NCBI GenBank assembly: GCA_963818175.1
Contig: CAWFRK010000040.1
Location: 69,839 to 109,838, forward strand
Source of the DNA: an uncultured beta proteobacterium
GTDB taxonomy: Bacteria > Pseudomonadota > Gammaproteobacteria > Burkholderiales > Burkholderiaceae_C
DNA length: 40,000 nt
Direction of reading: 5' to 3'
Part shown: piece by piece, positions 1 through 9,030 of the stretch
Numbering within the stretch: the first letter of the stretch is position 1
Layout of the letters: each line of letters opens with the position of its first letter
Notes under the pieces: model-generated
The model's database searches: none
What the model was told of the DNA's origin: nothing
What the model saw: the letters and a program-made list of their open reading frames with translations, nothing else
Made by a program: the position numbers and the translations under genes

Positions 1-893
1 CGCTGCTCGCGCCGGGCCTGGCGATGCGCGATGCGATCTGCGCCGACCTGGCGGCGCTGGGCGAGGTCGCGGTGACCTGTGCCAGCCATCCCTCGTTCGC
101 CAGGACCGGCTCGTGGAGCGGAGTCGAGTTCCTCAGCCCCGCGCCGGGCCAGTCGCCCCTCGAGTTCGTGCGCCGGCAAGCCCGCTCGCACGATCTCACC
201 TGGGTGGTGGCTCCCGAGGGCGACGGCCTGCTTGGCAAGCTGAGCGAGGCCGTCTCGCCAAGCCGCTGGATCGGCTGCGACACGGCGGCCATCCGGCTCG
301 CCTCCAGCAAGCGCCGCACGCTGGAGCTGCTGGCGGCCAATGGGCTCTCGACGCCGCTGGACTTCGCGGGCGAGGAGGCCGTCTCGGGCTGGGTGGTGAA
401 GCCCGACGATGGAGCCGGCAGCGTGGCGACGCGGCAGGCATGCGCGGCTGGACGCCGCGCGCAGCGATGCGCAGCAGCGCGACGGCCAGGCGCAACTCGA
501 GCCCTGGGTGGATGGCGAGGCATTGAGCCTGTCCCTGCTGTGCGCGGACGGCGGGGCCGAAACGCTGGCCGTCAATCGGCAGCGCATCGTCGTCGGTGGC
601 GACGGCATGGTGTCCTACGAGGGCGTGGACGTCGCCGCGGTGCCGCCGGCCGATCCGCGCACCGCCGCACTGCGCCAGGTCGGCATGCGGGTGGCGCTGG
701 CCTTGCCGGGGCTGCGCGGCTATGTCGGCATCGACCTGGTCTGGCATGCGCGGCGCGGACCGGTGCTGATCGAGATCAATCCGCGCGTGACCTGCGCCTA
801 CGTGGGCTTGTCGGCGGCACTCGGCCGCCCGCTTGCGGCCGAGATCCTTGCGCTGTTTGCAGGCCCGATCGGAGCGGCGATGCGCGCGGCTGA
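1..893 (+). CDS. ATP-grasp domain protein of the H4MPT-linked C1 cluster (orf17-like); 5' end cut by the window edge, apparent frameshift near nt 437
   Basis: The frame is open to nt 1 (LLAPGLAMRDAICADL...). Successive parts lie in ORF 24..893 and ORF 409..1503 (..VVKPDDGAGSVATR | HARLDAARSD..EPWVDGEALSLSLL..GYVGIDLVW..VLIEINPRVT). The 3' boundary is unresolved because the coding frame has no stop before ATG 880. Confidence 0.6.
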   Translation, partial: LLAPGLAMRDAICADLAALGEVAVTCASHPSFARTGSWSGVEFLSPAPGQSPLEFVRRQARSHDLTWVVAPEGDGLLGKLSEAVSPSRWIGCDTAAIRLASSKRRTLELLAANGLSTPLDFAGEEAVSGWVVKPDDGAGSVATRQACAAGRRAQRCAAARRPGATRALGGWRGIEPVPAVRGRRGRNAGRQSAAHRRRWRRHGVLRGRGRRRGAAGRSAHRRTAPGRHAGGAGLAGAARLCRHRPGLACAARTGADRDQSARDLRLRGLVGGTRPPACGRDPCAVCRPDRSGDARG

Positions 894-1967
894 GCTGCCG
901 GGGCCCCATGCCGACGCCGGTGTCATCGGCTGGGACCTGGGCGGCGCCCACGTCAAGGCCTGCCTGCTGATGGAAGGCACGGTGCGCGAGGTGGTGCAAT
1001 GGCCCTGCCCGCTGTGGCAGGGCCTGGACCGGCTGGACACGGTGCTGGAGCAGGCCGCGGCACGCTGGCCGCACATGCGCGGCTCGCTCCACGCCGTCAC
1101 CATGACCGGCGAGATGACCGACCTGTTCCAGCATCGCGAAGAGGGCGTGCTGCGGCTCGCGCAGCGCATGGCCGACCTGCCGGGCCGGGCGCTGGCCTTC
1201 TATGCCGGCGATCGGGGCTGGTGCCGGCCGGACGAGGTCGCCACCACCTGGTCCTCCATCGCCTCGGCCAACTGGCTGGCCGCCGCGCGTCTTGCGGCTC
1301 GGCGCCTGGGCGACGGCGTGCTGGTGGACATCGGCAGCACGACCTGCGACCTGATTCCCTTGCAGGGTGGCGCCGTCGCCGCGCGGGGCGCACCGACGCG
1401 GACCGCCTCGCCAGCGGCGAACTGGTCTACCAGGGCGTGGTGCGCACGCCGCTGTGCGCGCTCGCGCGGCGGATCGCCTTTCGCGGCGAGGCCTACAACG
1501 TGATGAACGAGTTCTTCGCCACCACCGCCGATGTCTATCGACTCAGCGGCGAGCTCGATTCCCGGCACGATGGCCACCCGGCGGCCGACAACGGCCCGAA
1601 GGACGATGCGGCCACGCGCAGGCGCCTGGCCCGCATGATCGGCATGGACGAGCGCGATGCGCCGCCGTCGGACTGGCTGGCGTTTGCGCTCACCTGGCGG
1701 GCGGAGCAGATCGGCATCCTGGCGGGGCAGCTCGAGCGGGTGCTGGAGCGCGCGCGCCTGCCTGCCGATGCGCCGCTGGTGAGCGCGGGATGCGGCGACT
1801 TCCTGGCGGCCGAGCTTGCCGTGCGGCTTCGACGGCCGCTCTGCGCCTTTGCGAGCGACGTGGCTCGGCTGGGGCCTGGGGTGTCGTCGGCGACCGCCCG
1901 CTGGGCGCAAGTGTGTGCACCGAGCGTCGCCGTGGCGGTGTTGCTTGCGCACGAGGTCATGAAGTGA
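880..1967 (+). CDS. Hydantoinase/oxoprolinase-like H4MPT-linked C1 transfer pathway protein (orf9-like), apparent frameshift near nt 1390
   Basis: Motifs VIGWDLGGAHVKACLL and VDIGSTTCDLIPL are sugar-kinase/hydantoinase-type ATPase motifs. The sequence continues in ORF 999..1967 (..DRLASGELVYQGVVRTPLCAL..NEFFATTADVYRL). The start codon is uncertain. Confidence 0.6.
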
Positions 1968-2566
1968 AATCACCTCGCGGCGTCTGGGTCGTCAAGCTGG
2001 GCGGCAGCCTGCAGCGCGATGCCTGGCTGTCGCGCTGGCTCGATGTGCTCGCCACTGCCGGCCGGGGACACGTGTGCATCGTGCCGGGCGGCGGTGCCTT
2101 TGCGGATGCAGTGCGCGAGGCCCAGTCGCAGTGGGGCTTCGACGACCTCGCCGCGCACAACATGGCGATCCTGGCCATGGCGCAGACCGGGCTGATGCTG
2201 TGCGCCTTGAATCGGGCGTTGCGGCCGGCCAGGGACCTCGGCGCGGTCGCCCATCGACTGGCCGCGGGCGACACGCCGGTATGGCTGGCGCAGGACATGC
2301 TGCGCGAGCAGCCCGACGAATGGACCAGCTGGGAAGTCACCTCCGACAGCCTTGCCTTGTGGCTGGCCGCGCGCCTGCAGGCAGGGCGGCTGGTCGTGGT
2401 CAAGTCCTGCCCGATCGACCCTACCCGCTCCCTCCCGCAACTGGCCGAGCAGGGCGTGCTCGACCAGCGCTTTGCCTCGCTCGCTGCCGGCGCCCCGATG
2501 CCCATGCACGTCGTGCCGCATACCGCGCTGGACGACTTCGAGGCGGAGCTGATGGCCGCGCCATAG
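1964..2566 (+). CDS. Amino-acid (aspartate/glutamate/uridylate) kinase family protein of the H4MPT cluster (orf20-like)
   Basis: This is the C-terminal part of ORF 1367..2566. GTG 1964 overlaps the previous stop (GTGA). It carries a VVKLGGSL N-terminal motif and IVPGGGAFAD. Confidence 0.7.
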   Translation: MKSPRGVWVVKLGGSLQRDAWLSRWLDVLATAGRGHVCIVPGGGAFADAVREAQSQWGFDDLAAHNMAILAMAQTGLMLCALNRALRPARDLGAVAHRLAAGDTPVWLAQDMLREQPDEWTSWEVTSDSLALWLAARLQAGRLVVVKSCPIDPTRSLPQLAEQGVLDQRFASLAAGAPMPMHVVPHTALDDFEAELMAAP

Positions 2567-2570
2567 CCAG

Positions 2571-2862
2571 CAAGCGGGAGCCGCGGATCCGGCTTCGCCG
2601 GTCCGCTGGCGTAGTGCACGAGAGGCCGCAGGATCGAAGTCACTCCAATCCCGGCGCGCCGCTTTGCGGGCCAAGCGGGAGCCGCGGATCCGGCTTCGCC
2701 GGTCCGCTGGCGTAGTGCACGAGAGGCCGCAGGATCGAAGTCACTGCAATCCCGGCGCGCCGCCTTGCGGGCCAAGCGGGAGCCGCGGATCCGGCTTCGC
2801 CGGTCCGCTGGCGGAGCCCCCTTGAGGGGGAGCGCCGAAGGCGCTACGGGGGTGGGCGTCAT
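2571..2862. repeat. Tandem 101-bp repeat (2 full units plus a 41-nt third start) ending in a GC-rich REP-like tail
   Basis: Units start at 2571, 2672 and 2773 (caagcgggagccgcggatccggcttcgccggtccgctggcg...). Units 1 and 2 differ at 2 positions. Each unit has the hairpin GCGGA(T)CCGGC-TTC-GCCGGTCCGC. The tail carries hairpins CCCCCTTGAGGGGG and GCGCCGAAGGCGC. Confidence 0.9.
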
Positions 2863-3569
2863 CACCAGGCGGAACGCTCGCCGCGCAGTCGCGAGGCCAG
2901 TTCGCGCACCAAGGCCGGATCGAGGTCGCCCGTCCGGTCGCCGGCGCACACGGCAGTCCTGAACCCCGCGATGTCGGCACCCAGCCGCCACAGCTGGCCG
3001 AGATGATCGAAGCGCAAGGCCCCCGCCACCGCAGCCAGCCGTCCGGCACGGCGGGTCTGCTGGACGAAGCGGCGCAGGCTGTCTTCATCGACACGGTCGA
3101 AGAGGCTGCCGCCCGACTTGTCGGCCGTGTCCAGCCCCAGGGCCGGAAACGGCAGCGAATGGGCCAGCTTGACCAGGTTCATGTCGATCCCGCGGTCGGC
3201 GATGAAGACCGGCACCACCTGCGCATCGCACTTGGCCAGCGCCTGGAGCAGCGGCTTGGCCGCGGGCCCGCGCTCCACGCCCACCTTCACGTAGTCGACG
3301 CCGCAATCGGCCACTGCGTGGACCGCCTCGACGATGTCTGCGAGCCGCTCGCCGGGCAAGTCGCCGATGGTGGCGCTCACCACCTGCAGCGGGTCGTGCT
3401 TGCGCAGGGCGTCGACGATGGGCAGGATCGCGGCCGGCGCCACGGCGCCCAATGCACCGTCGCGCGGCTCCTTGAGGTCGATGAGATCGGCGCCGGCGCC
3501 CGCCGCCGCCAGTGCCTCCTCGACACTGCGCACGCTGACCAGCAGCCTCAATCGGGTCGTCGCGATCAT
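2862..3569 (-). CDS. (5-formylfuran-3-yl)methyl phosphate synthase-like protein (MfnB/DUF556 family, orf22-like)
   Basis: Part of ORF 2862..3611. ATG 3569 is preceded by aaggaggaaaaagc. Motifs LLVSVRSVEEA..GADLIDLKEP..VDYVKVG are typical of the family found in H4MPT clusters. Confidence 0.7.
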   Translation of the reverse strand: MIATTRLRLLVSVRSVEEALAAAGAGADLIDLKEPRDGALGAVAPAAILPIVDALRKHDPLQVVSATIGDLPGERLADIVEAVHAVADCGVDYVKVGVERGPAAKPLLQALAKCDAQVVPVFIADRGIDMNLVKLAHSLPFPALGLDTADKSGGSLFDRVDEDSLRRFVQQTRRAGRLAAVAGALRFDHLGQLWRLGADIAGFRTAVCAGDRTGDLDPALVRELASRLRGERSAW

Positions 3570-4141
3570 GCTTTTTCCTCCTTGGCGCGGTGCGCGGATA
3601 CCGCATCGCACAGCCAGCCCCAGGCCTCGCGCTCGACCTCGCCGGCCGTCTTGTCGATCGCGATCTGCAGGTAGCGCATCTCGGCATCGATCTTGTCCGC
3701 CGGCAGCATGTGCAGGCGACTGACCAGCACGGCCGCTTCGATCACGGCCGCCTGGGCGCGGTTGAAGCCCATGAAGGGCTGGTGCTGCTCCTCGTGCACC
3801 CGGCGCATCAGCAGCTCGGGGCGCTCGGCATCGTCCCGGACCTCCTGCGCCTTCAGCTCCACGTGGCCCAGCGCCTGCGCCAGGCGCACGCCCTGCACCT
3901 GCCTGGCCGGCATGGTGGGCCAGCTCTTGCGGCCGGTCACGCAGCCCGCGAACACGCGCGTGTCGGTCAGCAGGTTGAGCACCGCGCAGCCGGTGGCGAG
4001 GATGTTGTCGAGCGTGGTCGATGGCTTGAAGGGCTTGAGCACCACGAGCTCGCGGCGATAGCGCACGCCCATCGGCGCGACATGCACTCGTCCGTCGGGT
4101 GGGACGGTGGTGACCACTGTCTCGAAGATCATCTCGGGCAT
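3566..4141 (-). CDS. DUF447 family protein of the H4MPT cluster (orf21-like)
   Basis: Part of ORF 3566..4408. The start is MPEMIFETVVTTV at 4141. The stop overlaps the next start (ATGA). The call rests on family recognition and cluster context. Confidence 0.6.
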   Translation of the reverse strand: MPEMIFETVVTTVPPDGRVHVAPMGVRYRRELVVLKPFKPSTTLDNILATGCAVLNLLTDTRVFAGCVTGRKSWPTMPARQVQGVRLAQALGHVELKAQEVRDDAERPELLMRRVHEEQHQPFMGFNRAQAAVIEAAVLVSRLHMLPADKIDAEMRYLQIAIDKTAGEVEREAWGWLCDAVSAHRAKEEKA

Positions 4142-4229
4142 GACGGCACCCCGCTCGCCGAGTACGGCGATCGACCCTCCGCGAGGGTCGGGCCTCGCTT
4201 GGGGGAGCGGCCCGGCGCGGCGGCCCGCA

Positions 4230-5618
4230 TCACCGGCCCTCCCCGCGCAGCGTCGTGCCCGGCTCGTCCCAGCGGCAGAGGTCCTCGGCCTTGCGCTCGA
4301 CCGCGCAACCCCAGTCGAGCGGCTGGTCCTGCACGTAGCGCTTGCCGAGCTGCCAGGCGATCTCGGCGCGTGCCAGCTCCACGCCCATGTAGAAGGCATG
4401 CGGCGCATCGTGCTCGAGCCCGAGCCGCGGCCAGTGCGCGAAGGGGCCTTGCTCCAGGCGCAGGCCGTCGCGGTTGTAGACGTGCAGCCCGAGCGGCGAG
4501 ACCTGCACGCGGAAGTTCGGGTCGCGCACGGCCTTGGCGATCTGCTCGATCTCCTCGGGCGTGTCGGGAAACGGGTGCTTGTCGTGCACCGTCATCAGCA
4601 CGTTGCACATGCCGCGCGGCAGGGTGTTGAAGCTGCGGGCCGCATGCATGATGCGCCGCGCCCAGTCGGCCTCTCGGATCGCGCGCCGCGCATGGGCGCT
4701 GACCTGCGTGGTGAGGATCGCACTGACCCCGAGTTCGGCGGCCATGCCGAGCATCACCGCGTTGATGCCGGTGGTGTCCGCATCGATCAGCTCCGTCACG
4801 TTCGCCACGCCCATCAGGATCGGCGCATCGGGAAAGCGCTCGCGCAGCCGCTGGTAGCGGCACAGCGAGGCCGTGAGGCCGAAAGGGATCGGCTCCAGGA
4901 TCGAATCGGCGAGGAAGGCCCGCCCGCGCCGCGTGAGCTTCTCGATCGCCCGGTAGAGCGAGGCCTCGTCGGCCGGCTCGCGCGGGATCAGCACCGGCGT
5001 GGCGGCCACGTCGTCGGCGATCCACAGCGTGTCGATGGTGAGGCTCAGCAGGTAGTCGGCGCCGGCCCGGCCGCCGCGCAGCAGCTCCGAGGTGTCCAGC
5101 GAATCGACGCTCACGGCCAGGCCCTCGGCCTTGAGGGCGCGCACGCTGTCCTCGAGGTGCGGGAAGGGCGTCTGCGGCAGGCAGCCCAGGTCGATCACGT
5201 TGGCGCCATCGGCCACGAGCGCCTTGCCGCGCTGCACGATCTGCTCGACGCTCGCCTGTGGGGCGTCGACGATCTCGGCAAAGATCGAGATGTCGTACTT
5301 GTCGAGGTCCACCGGCCTCGCCTTGCGATCGAAGAACTGCGGCAGGTCCTTGAGATCCTCGGGACCTCGCACCACCGGGATGCCGTAGCGCGCACTCAGC
5401 ACCTCGAGATCGCCGCGGCAGCGGCCCGGCACCATGATGCGGTCGGCCTGCGGCGCCTCGGCCAGGCGGCGGCCGATCATGTCGGCCGTCATCAGGGCGG
5501 CAACCTGCAGGCCGATCTCGCGGACCTCCCAGGTGAAGGGAGGCGAGGCGATGCCATCGAGCACGCGGTTGAGGCTGGCTTGGGCCAGTCGGCCGGTCAG
5601 GAAGACGATGTGTTCCAT
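4230..5618 (-). CDS. Dihydropteroate synthase-like pterin-binding protein (H4MPT biosynthesis)
   Basis: Part of ORF 4230..5939. ATG 5618 lies behind gggaggag. Motifs ANVIDLGC, VSVDS and ILMGVANVTELIDADT are DHPS-like. Confidence 0.7.
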   Translation of the reverse strand: MEHIVFLTGRLAQASLNRVLDGIASPPFTWEVREIGLQVAALMTADMIGRRLAEAPQADRIMVPGRCRGDLEVLSARYGIPVVRGPEDLKDLPQFFDRKARPVDLDKYDISIFAEIVDAPQASVEQIVQRGKALVADGANVIDLGCLPQTPFPHLEDSVRALKAEGLAVSVDSLDTSELLRGGRAGADYLLSLTIDTLWIADDVAATPVLIPREPADEASLYRAIEKLTRRGRAFLADSILEPIPFGLTASLCRYQRLRERFPDAPILMGVANVTELIDADTTGINAVMLGMAAELGVSAILTTQVSAHARRAIREADWARRIMHAARSFNTLPRGMCNVLMTVHDKHPFPDTPEEIEQIAKAVRDPNFRVQVSPLGLHVYNRDGLRLEQGPFAHWPRLGLEHDAPHAFYMGVELARAEIAWQLGKRYVQDQPLDWGCAVERKAEDLCRWDEPGTTLRGEGR

Positions 5619-5824
5619 GTCAGGGACAGCTCCTCCCTCGCTCGTGCAGGCCTCCAGAGCGGACAGCGTCATGGGCTTTTTCCCCAGGAGGGGACGGCGT
5701 ATGGCCCAGGAGCCTGGGCTCCTGGGTCGAGGCATTGTGCGCCTTGATGCCTGGGCCGGCTCTGGGGATACCTCTAGCGGCGCGCAGACCGGTGCGGGCA
5801 TCGCAAATGCCCACCCGCAATCCT

Positions 5825-5840
5825 TGGTCTGCAACTTGCT
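5825..5840 (+). promoter_or_regulatory. Candidate sigma-54 (-24/-12) promoter upstream of the folB-like gene
   Basis: TGGTCTGCAACTTGCT compared with consensus TGGCACG-N4-TTGCW. The GG and GC dinucleotides are correctly spaced (GG-N10-GC), but the CAC of the -24 element is replaced by TCT. Confidence 0.2.
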
Positions 5841-5950
5841 GCAAGCACCCTTGCAGCCTGCCATACCGCCACCAGGAGAGCGCCTTGTCCGCCAGCCTGT
5901 CGAGCCACGACTCCCTGCCTTCCGGCGACACCGAAGCACAGCATGTACCG

Positions 5951-6535
5951 ATGGACACCATCTTCATCCAGGGCTTCACCGGGATGACCGTGATCGGCAT
6001 CCACGAGAGCGAGCTGCATCGACGCCAGCCGGTGCGCATCGACCTGCGCGCCGGGCTGCCGCGCTCGGGTGCCTGCGACACCGACCGCATCGCCGACACG
6101 ATCGACTATGCCGAGGTGCGCGCGCGGCTGCAGCGCCTGCTCGAGGAGCACCAGGTCAGCCTGCTGGAGGCGCTGGCCGAGACGATCGCGAGGATCCTGG
6201 TGCTGGAGTTCGGCGCGTTCTGGGTCCGGGTGCGGGTTACCAAGCCACACAAGTTCGACGATGTCGAAGCGGTGGGTGTGGAGATCGAGCGCCGCGCGCA
6301 AGACTTCGCGCCAGCTGTGCCATTGCGGGAACGCGGCGCGGCGACGCTGTCCCTAATTGGAGCGGGCATGGTGCCAGGGATGCCCACCGTGGGCATCCAG
6401 GCACCCACCGGGCCGGGGGCGACGGATGCCACCCCGGCCCGACGCAGGATGGCGACTGATTTCAGGCGGGGGCGAAGGGGTGCTTCATGGTGCCCTTCTT
6501 CTCCACCACTTCACGCGCGTTCGGCTCGCCCTTGA
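5951..6535 (+). CDS. folB: Dihydroneopterin aldolase (FolB family); 3' end uncertain
   Basis: [58 protein letters not shown] is a FolB-like core of about 116 aa. The ORF then reads on about 79 aa into the 3' end of fae on the opposite strand. Confidence 0.6.
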   Translation: MDTIFIQGFTGMTVIGIHESELHRRQPVRIDLRAGLPRSGACDTDRIADTIDYAEVRARLQRLLEEHQVSLLEALAETIARILVLEFGAFWVRVRVTKPHKFDDVEAVGVEIERRAQDFAPAVPLRERGAATLSLIGAGMVPGMPTVGIQAPTGPGATDATPARRRMATDFRRGRRGASWCPSSPPLHARSARP

Positions 6536-6971
6536 CGGCGCGGGCGATCGACTCCTTGACCGCCTGGTAGTTGTAGTCGTGGATCTTCTTGTCGTCCTCG
6601 GCCAGCCAGTGGATGAAGACGCCGACGCAGATGAAGAGGTTGTCGGCCTCGTCCGCGGGGATCGTTCCATCTTCGACGCTGTCGGCGACGGCCATCGCCA
6701 CCGCGCGCTGGGCCGGCCCGAACATCTGCACGGCCTGCTTCGCACCCTTGATGGTGACCTTGTTGAACAGGATCGTGGCGGGCTTGGTCAGCAGGTTGGG
6801 AGCGACCACCGCCAGCAATGAGGTGAAGCCGTCCTTGTTGTTGGTCAACGCGGTCGCGAACGCGGTTTCCACCGGGGAGCCGCGCGGCCCGATGATCAGG
6901 TCGATGTGCGCAACTTCGTTACCTTCTCCGACCAGCGATTCGCCGACGAGCATGCGGTCGATCTTTGCCAT
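6462..6971 (-). CDS. fae: Formaldehyde-activating enzyme
   Basis: [38 protein letters not shown]..., 169 aa; start at 6971 behind ggag. Confidence 0.9.
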   Translation of the reverse strand: MAKIDRMLVGESLVGEGNEVAHIDLIIGPRGSPVETAFATALTNNKDGFTSLLAVVAPNLLTKPATILFNKVTIKGAKQAVQMFGPAQRAVAMAVADSVEDGTIPADEADNLFICVGVFIHWLAEDDKKIHDYNYQAVKESIARAVKGEPNAREVVEKKGTMKHPFAPA

Positions 6972-7084
6972 GGCTTTGTCTCCGTCGAGATGTGTGAGCG
7001 AAATGGGGACACTGGGATGGCCCAGCAGGTGAGGGCTAACACGTTCTGTGCCAAACGGAGCTTTGCTTAGGGCAACGCCTAGGG

Positions 7085-8932
7085 CTATTCGAAGCCGGCA
7101 ACGCGGGCACGGCAAAGCTCGAGCGTCCTGCCGATAGTGACTTGCGTGCCGGCATTCAGCGTGAGGGCGGCAGGCAGTGCAAGTGCGTCCAGCCCGCGCT
7201 GCAGCCGCTCCAGCACCTCGTCGATTGCAGCTTGTGCATCCGCTGCCCGCAGGCCGGCGAGCGTGGCCAGTGCCACGAAGTACGAGCGCCGCAGGCGTTC
7301 ATCCTTGCCACCGAGCTTCAGCGCCATGCGGTCGTGCTGGAGGCCGGGAAAGACGCGCGTGGTCAGCGCGTCGTAGACCGGCGCCAGGCGCACCGCCCCA
7401 AATACGGCCTCGCCGCGCTGGGCGGTCTTGAGCAGCGCAATGTTCTTCAGGTGCATGTCGCCATCGGCGATCAGCCAGGCGAACAGGACACGGCGCAGAA
7501 GCAGCAGCAGGTCCTCGTCCGGTGCCGACGACAAGGCACGGACGGCTCGAGCGACACGTTCGATGGTCCCGGTGTATTTCTCGTGAGGCTCGAGGTCGAG
7601 CACCGAGCACATGTCCTCCATGGCAAGCCATCGCGCATCGCCGGGCTGGTCACGAATGTCGAAGCGCTCGACGAGCAAGGCTGGCGGCATGCCGTCAGGC
7701 ATGCGAACGAGCGCCGTCTCCGGCGCGGGAAGGCCGACGGCGCGCGCCAGGGCCATCCCGATCCATTCGATGAGCGGCAATGCCTCGAAAGCACCGGTCC
7801 CTGCGGGCTTGAGGATGTGCGTGAAGGGGAGCCCTATGCTGGGCAAGAGGTTTCCGTCTGCATCCAGGTGCATGGGGGCCTTGATCTGCACGCCGGACAG
7901 ACGCGGCGTTTCGGCGTTGGCGAAGAGAGCAGCCAGGCGATGCTCGAAGTCGCGCTCGATGGTGCCCCTGCCAGGGCCTGCGTAGGTGCCGGTGAACAGT
8001 CCATCGCTGGTGAAGGCTGCGAGCCTGGTGGCCAGGATGTCCGCAGGCAGTCTCGACAATTCGTCTGCCGTCGCGGCGATGGTGATGTTCGACAGGTAGC
8101 GCTTGCCTGAGCGCAGCAGCGCGCGTTCATCGTGGTAGTCCTTCAGGACGGATTCGAGCCAGCCCTCCGGCAGCAACGAGACGACGAAAGGCGGCAGCTT
8201 CCCTGGAACGGTCTGCCGCACGACTGGAGGCAGCCCCGGGCCATCCTGGGTCGCCGCCCAGCGCCATTCGAAGCCATCGTGCGAGAGCGTGCCTACGGGC
8301 AGCCCGTGCCAGGCCACGAGCAGGTCGAAGGCGGCCTCGTTCCTGACCGGCACGCCGGCGGGGCGACGTGACAGAAACCTCTCGGCTCCCTCGCCCTCGC
8401 GGTACCACTCGTTCTCGCGGGCAAGTGCCCAGACAGCGTCGCTGGCGGCCTTCGGATCGCCGTATTCCTCCATGAGCCGTGCCGCAAGTGCCTCGCGCAT
8501 GGCGGTGTCGATGGATGCGGCATGCGCGCTGCGCAGGCGAAACGCTTCGAGGAAGCGCTGCCGTACGGTGGAGACGTGAATACTGAATTCGCCAAGGCTG
8601 TCTCCCACCACGGCGCTGGCCACCGACGGAGCCGTCGGAGCCTTGTTCTGGATGATTTCAAGGGCGCGAATGCGCGTGCGCTGGACCCGCTGCCCAGACA
8701 GGTACAGGCGGCCATCACTGGTCGGGCCGAGCAGGATGGCGCTTGCAGCCGACAGGTAGGCTTTCGGGTAGAGGTACCGGGCGATCCGCACGCCGTGCGC
8801 GAGGACGGTCTGGTCGATCTCGTCCCCCGCGTCGACATAGACGCCGCGCATGAGCTGCACGAGCTGGCCCCTTCCAGCCAGATAGTGGCTACGTGTCTTG
8901 TCGATCGTGTCGCCAACGAGGTGAAGCGGCAT
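7085..8932 (-). CDS. HipA-family Ser/Thr kinase toxin homologue with a roughly 200-aa N-terminal AbiEi-like extension
   Basis: HipA motifs present: [11 protein letters not shown] (P-loop), [12 protein letters not shown] (catalytic loop), [18 protein letters not shown]. The N-terminus carries [23 protein letters not shown], resembling the AbiEi antitoxin N-domain. Confidence 0.8.
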   Translation of the reverse strand: MPLHLVGDTIDKTRSHYLAGRGQLVQLMRGVYVDAGDEIDQTVLAHGVRIARYLYPKAYLSAASAILLGPTSDGRLYLSGQRVQRTRIRALEIIQNKAPTAPSVASAVVGDSLGEFSIHVSTVRQRFLEAFRLRSAHAASIDTAMREALAARLMEEYGDPKAASDAVWALARENEWYREGEGAERFLSRRPAGVPVRNEAAFDLLVAWHGLPVGTLSHDGFEWRWAATQDGPGLPPVVRQTVPGKLPPFVVSLLPEGWLESVLKDYHDERALLRSGKRYLSNITIAATADELSRLPADILATRLAAFTSDGLFTGTYAGPGRGTIERDFEHRLAALFANAETPRLSGVQIKAPMHLDADGNLLPSIGLPFTHILKPAGTGAFEALPLIEWIGMALARAVGLPAPETALVRMPDGMPPALLVERFDIRDQPGDARWLAMEDMCSVLDLEPHEKYTGTIERVARAVRALSSAPDEDLLLLLRRVLFAWLIADGDMHLKNIALLKTAQRGEAVFGAVRLAPVYDALTTRVFPGLQHDRMALKLGGKDERLRRSYFVALATLAGLRAADAQAAIDEVLERLQRGLDALALPAALTLNAGTQVTIGRTLELCRARVAGFE

Positions 8933-8936
8933 GTCT

Positions 8937-9030
8937 AACTTTTGCGTGTTTCAGATACGCGAAAGTTAGCATTTTGAGGCGAGTGAGGCAAGAAACTCTG
9001 ACTTTCGCGTGTTTGAAGTACGGGAAAGTT
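8937..9030. promoter_or_regulatory. Two copies of a roughly 30-bp imperfect palindrome (operator-like) in the divergent region between the hipA-like gene and the low-GC ORFs
   Basis: Copy 1 at 8937-8967: AACTTTTGCGT-N9-ACGCGAAAGTT. Copy 2 at 9001-9030: ACTTTCGCGT-N9-ACGGGAAAGTT. The copies are 63-64 nt apart. The proximal copy ends 5 nt from the ATG at 8932. Confidence 0.5.

Noticed and set aside
2611-2665. tRNA-like look of 'gcaggatcgaagtcactgcaatcccggcgcgcc' (T-arm-like GGATCGAA).
   Set aside because: I could not fold a cloverleaf. There is no 5-bp T stem with a 7-nt loop, no acceptor pairing and no anticodon arm, and it sits inside a repeated element.
2571-2862. Possibility that the tandem repeat is a CRISPR array.
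   Set aside because: The 101-bp units are directly adjacent with no unique spacers, there are only about 2.4 copies, and there are no cas genes.
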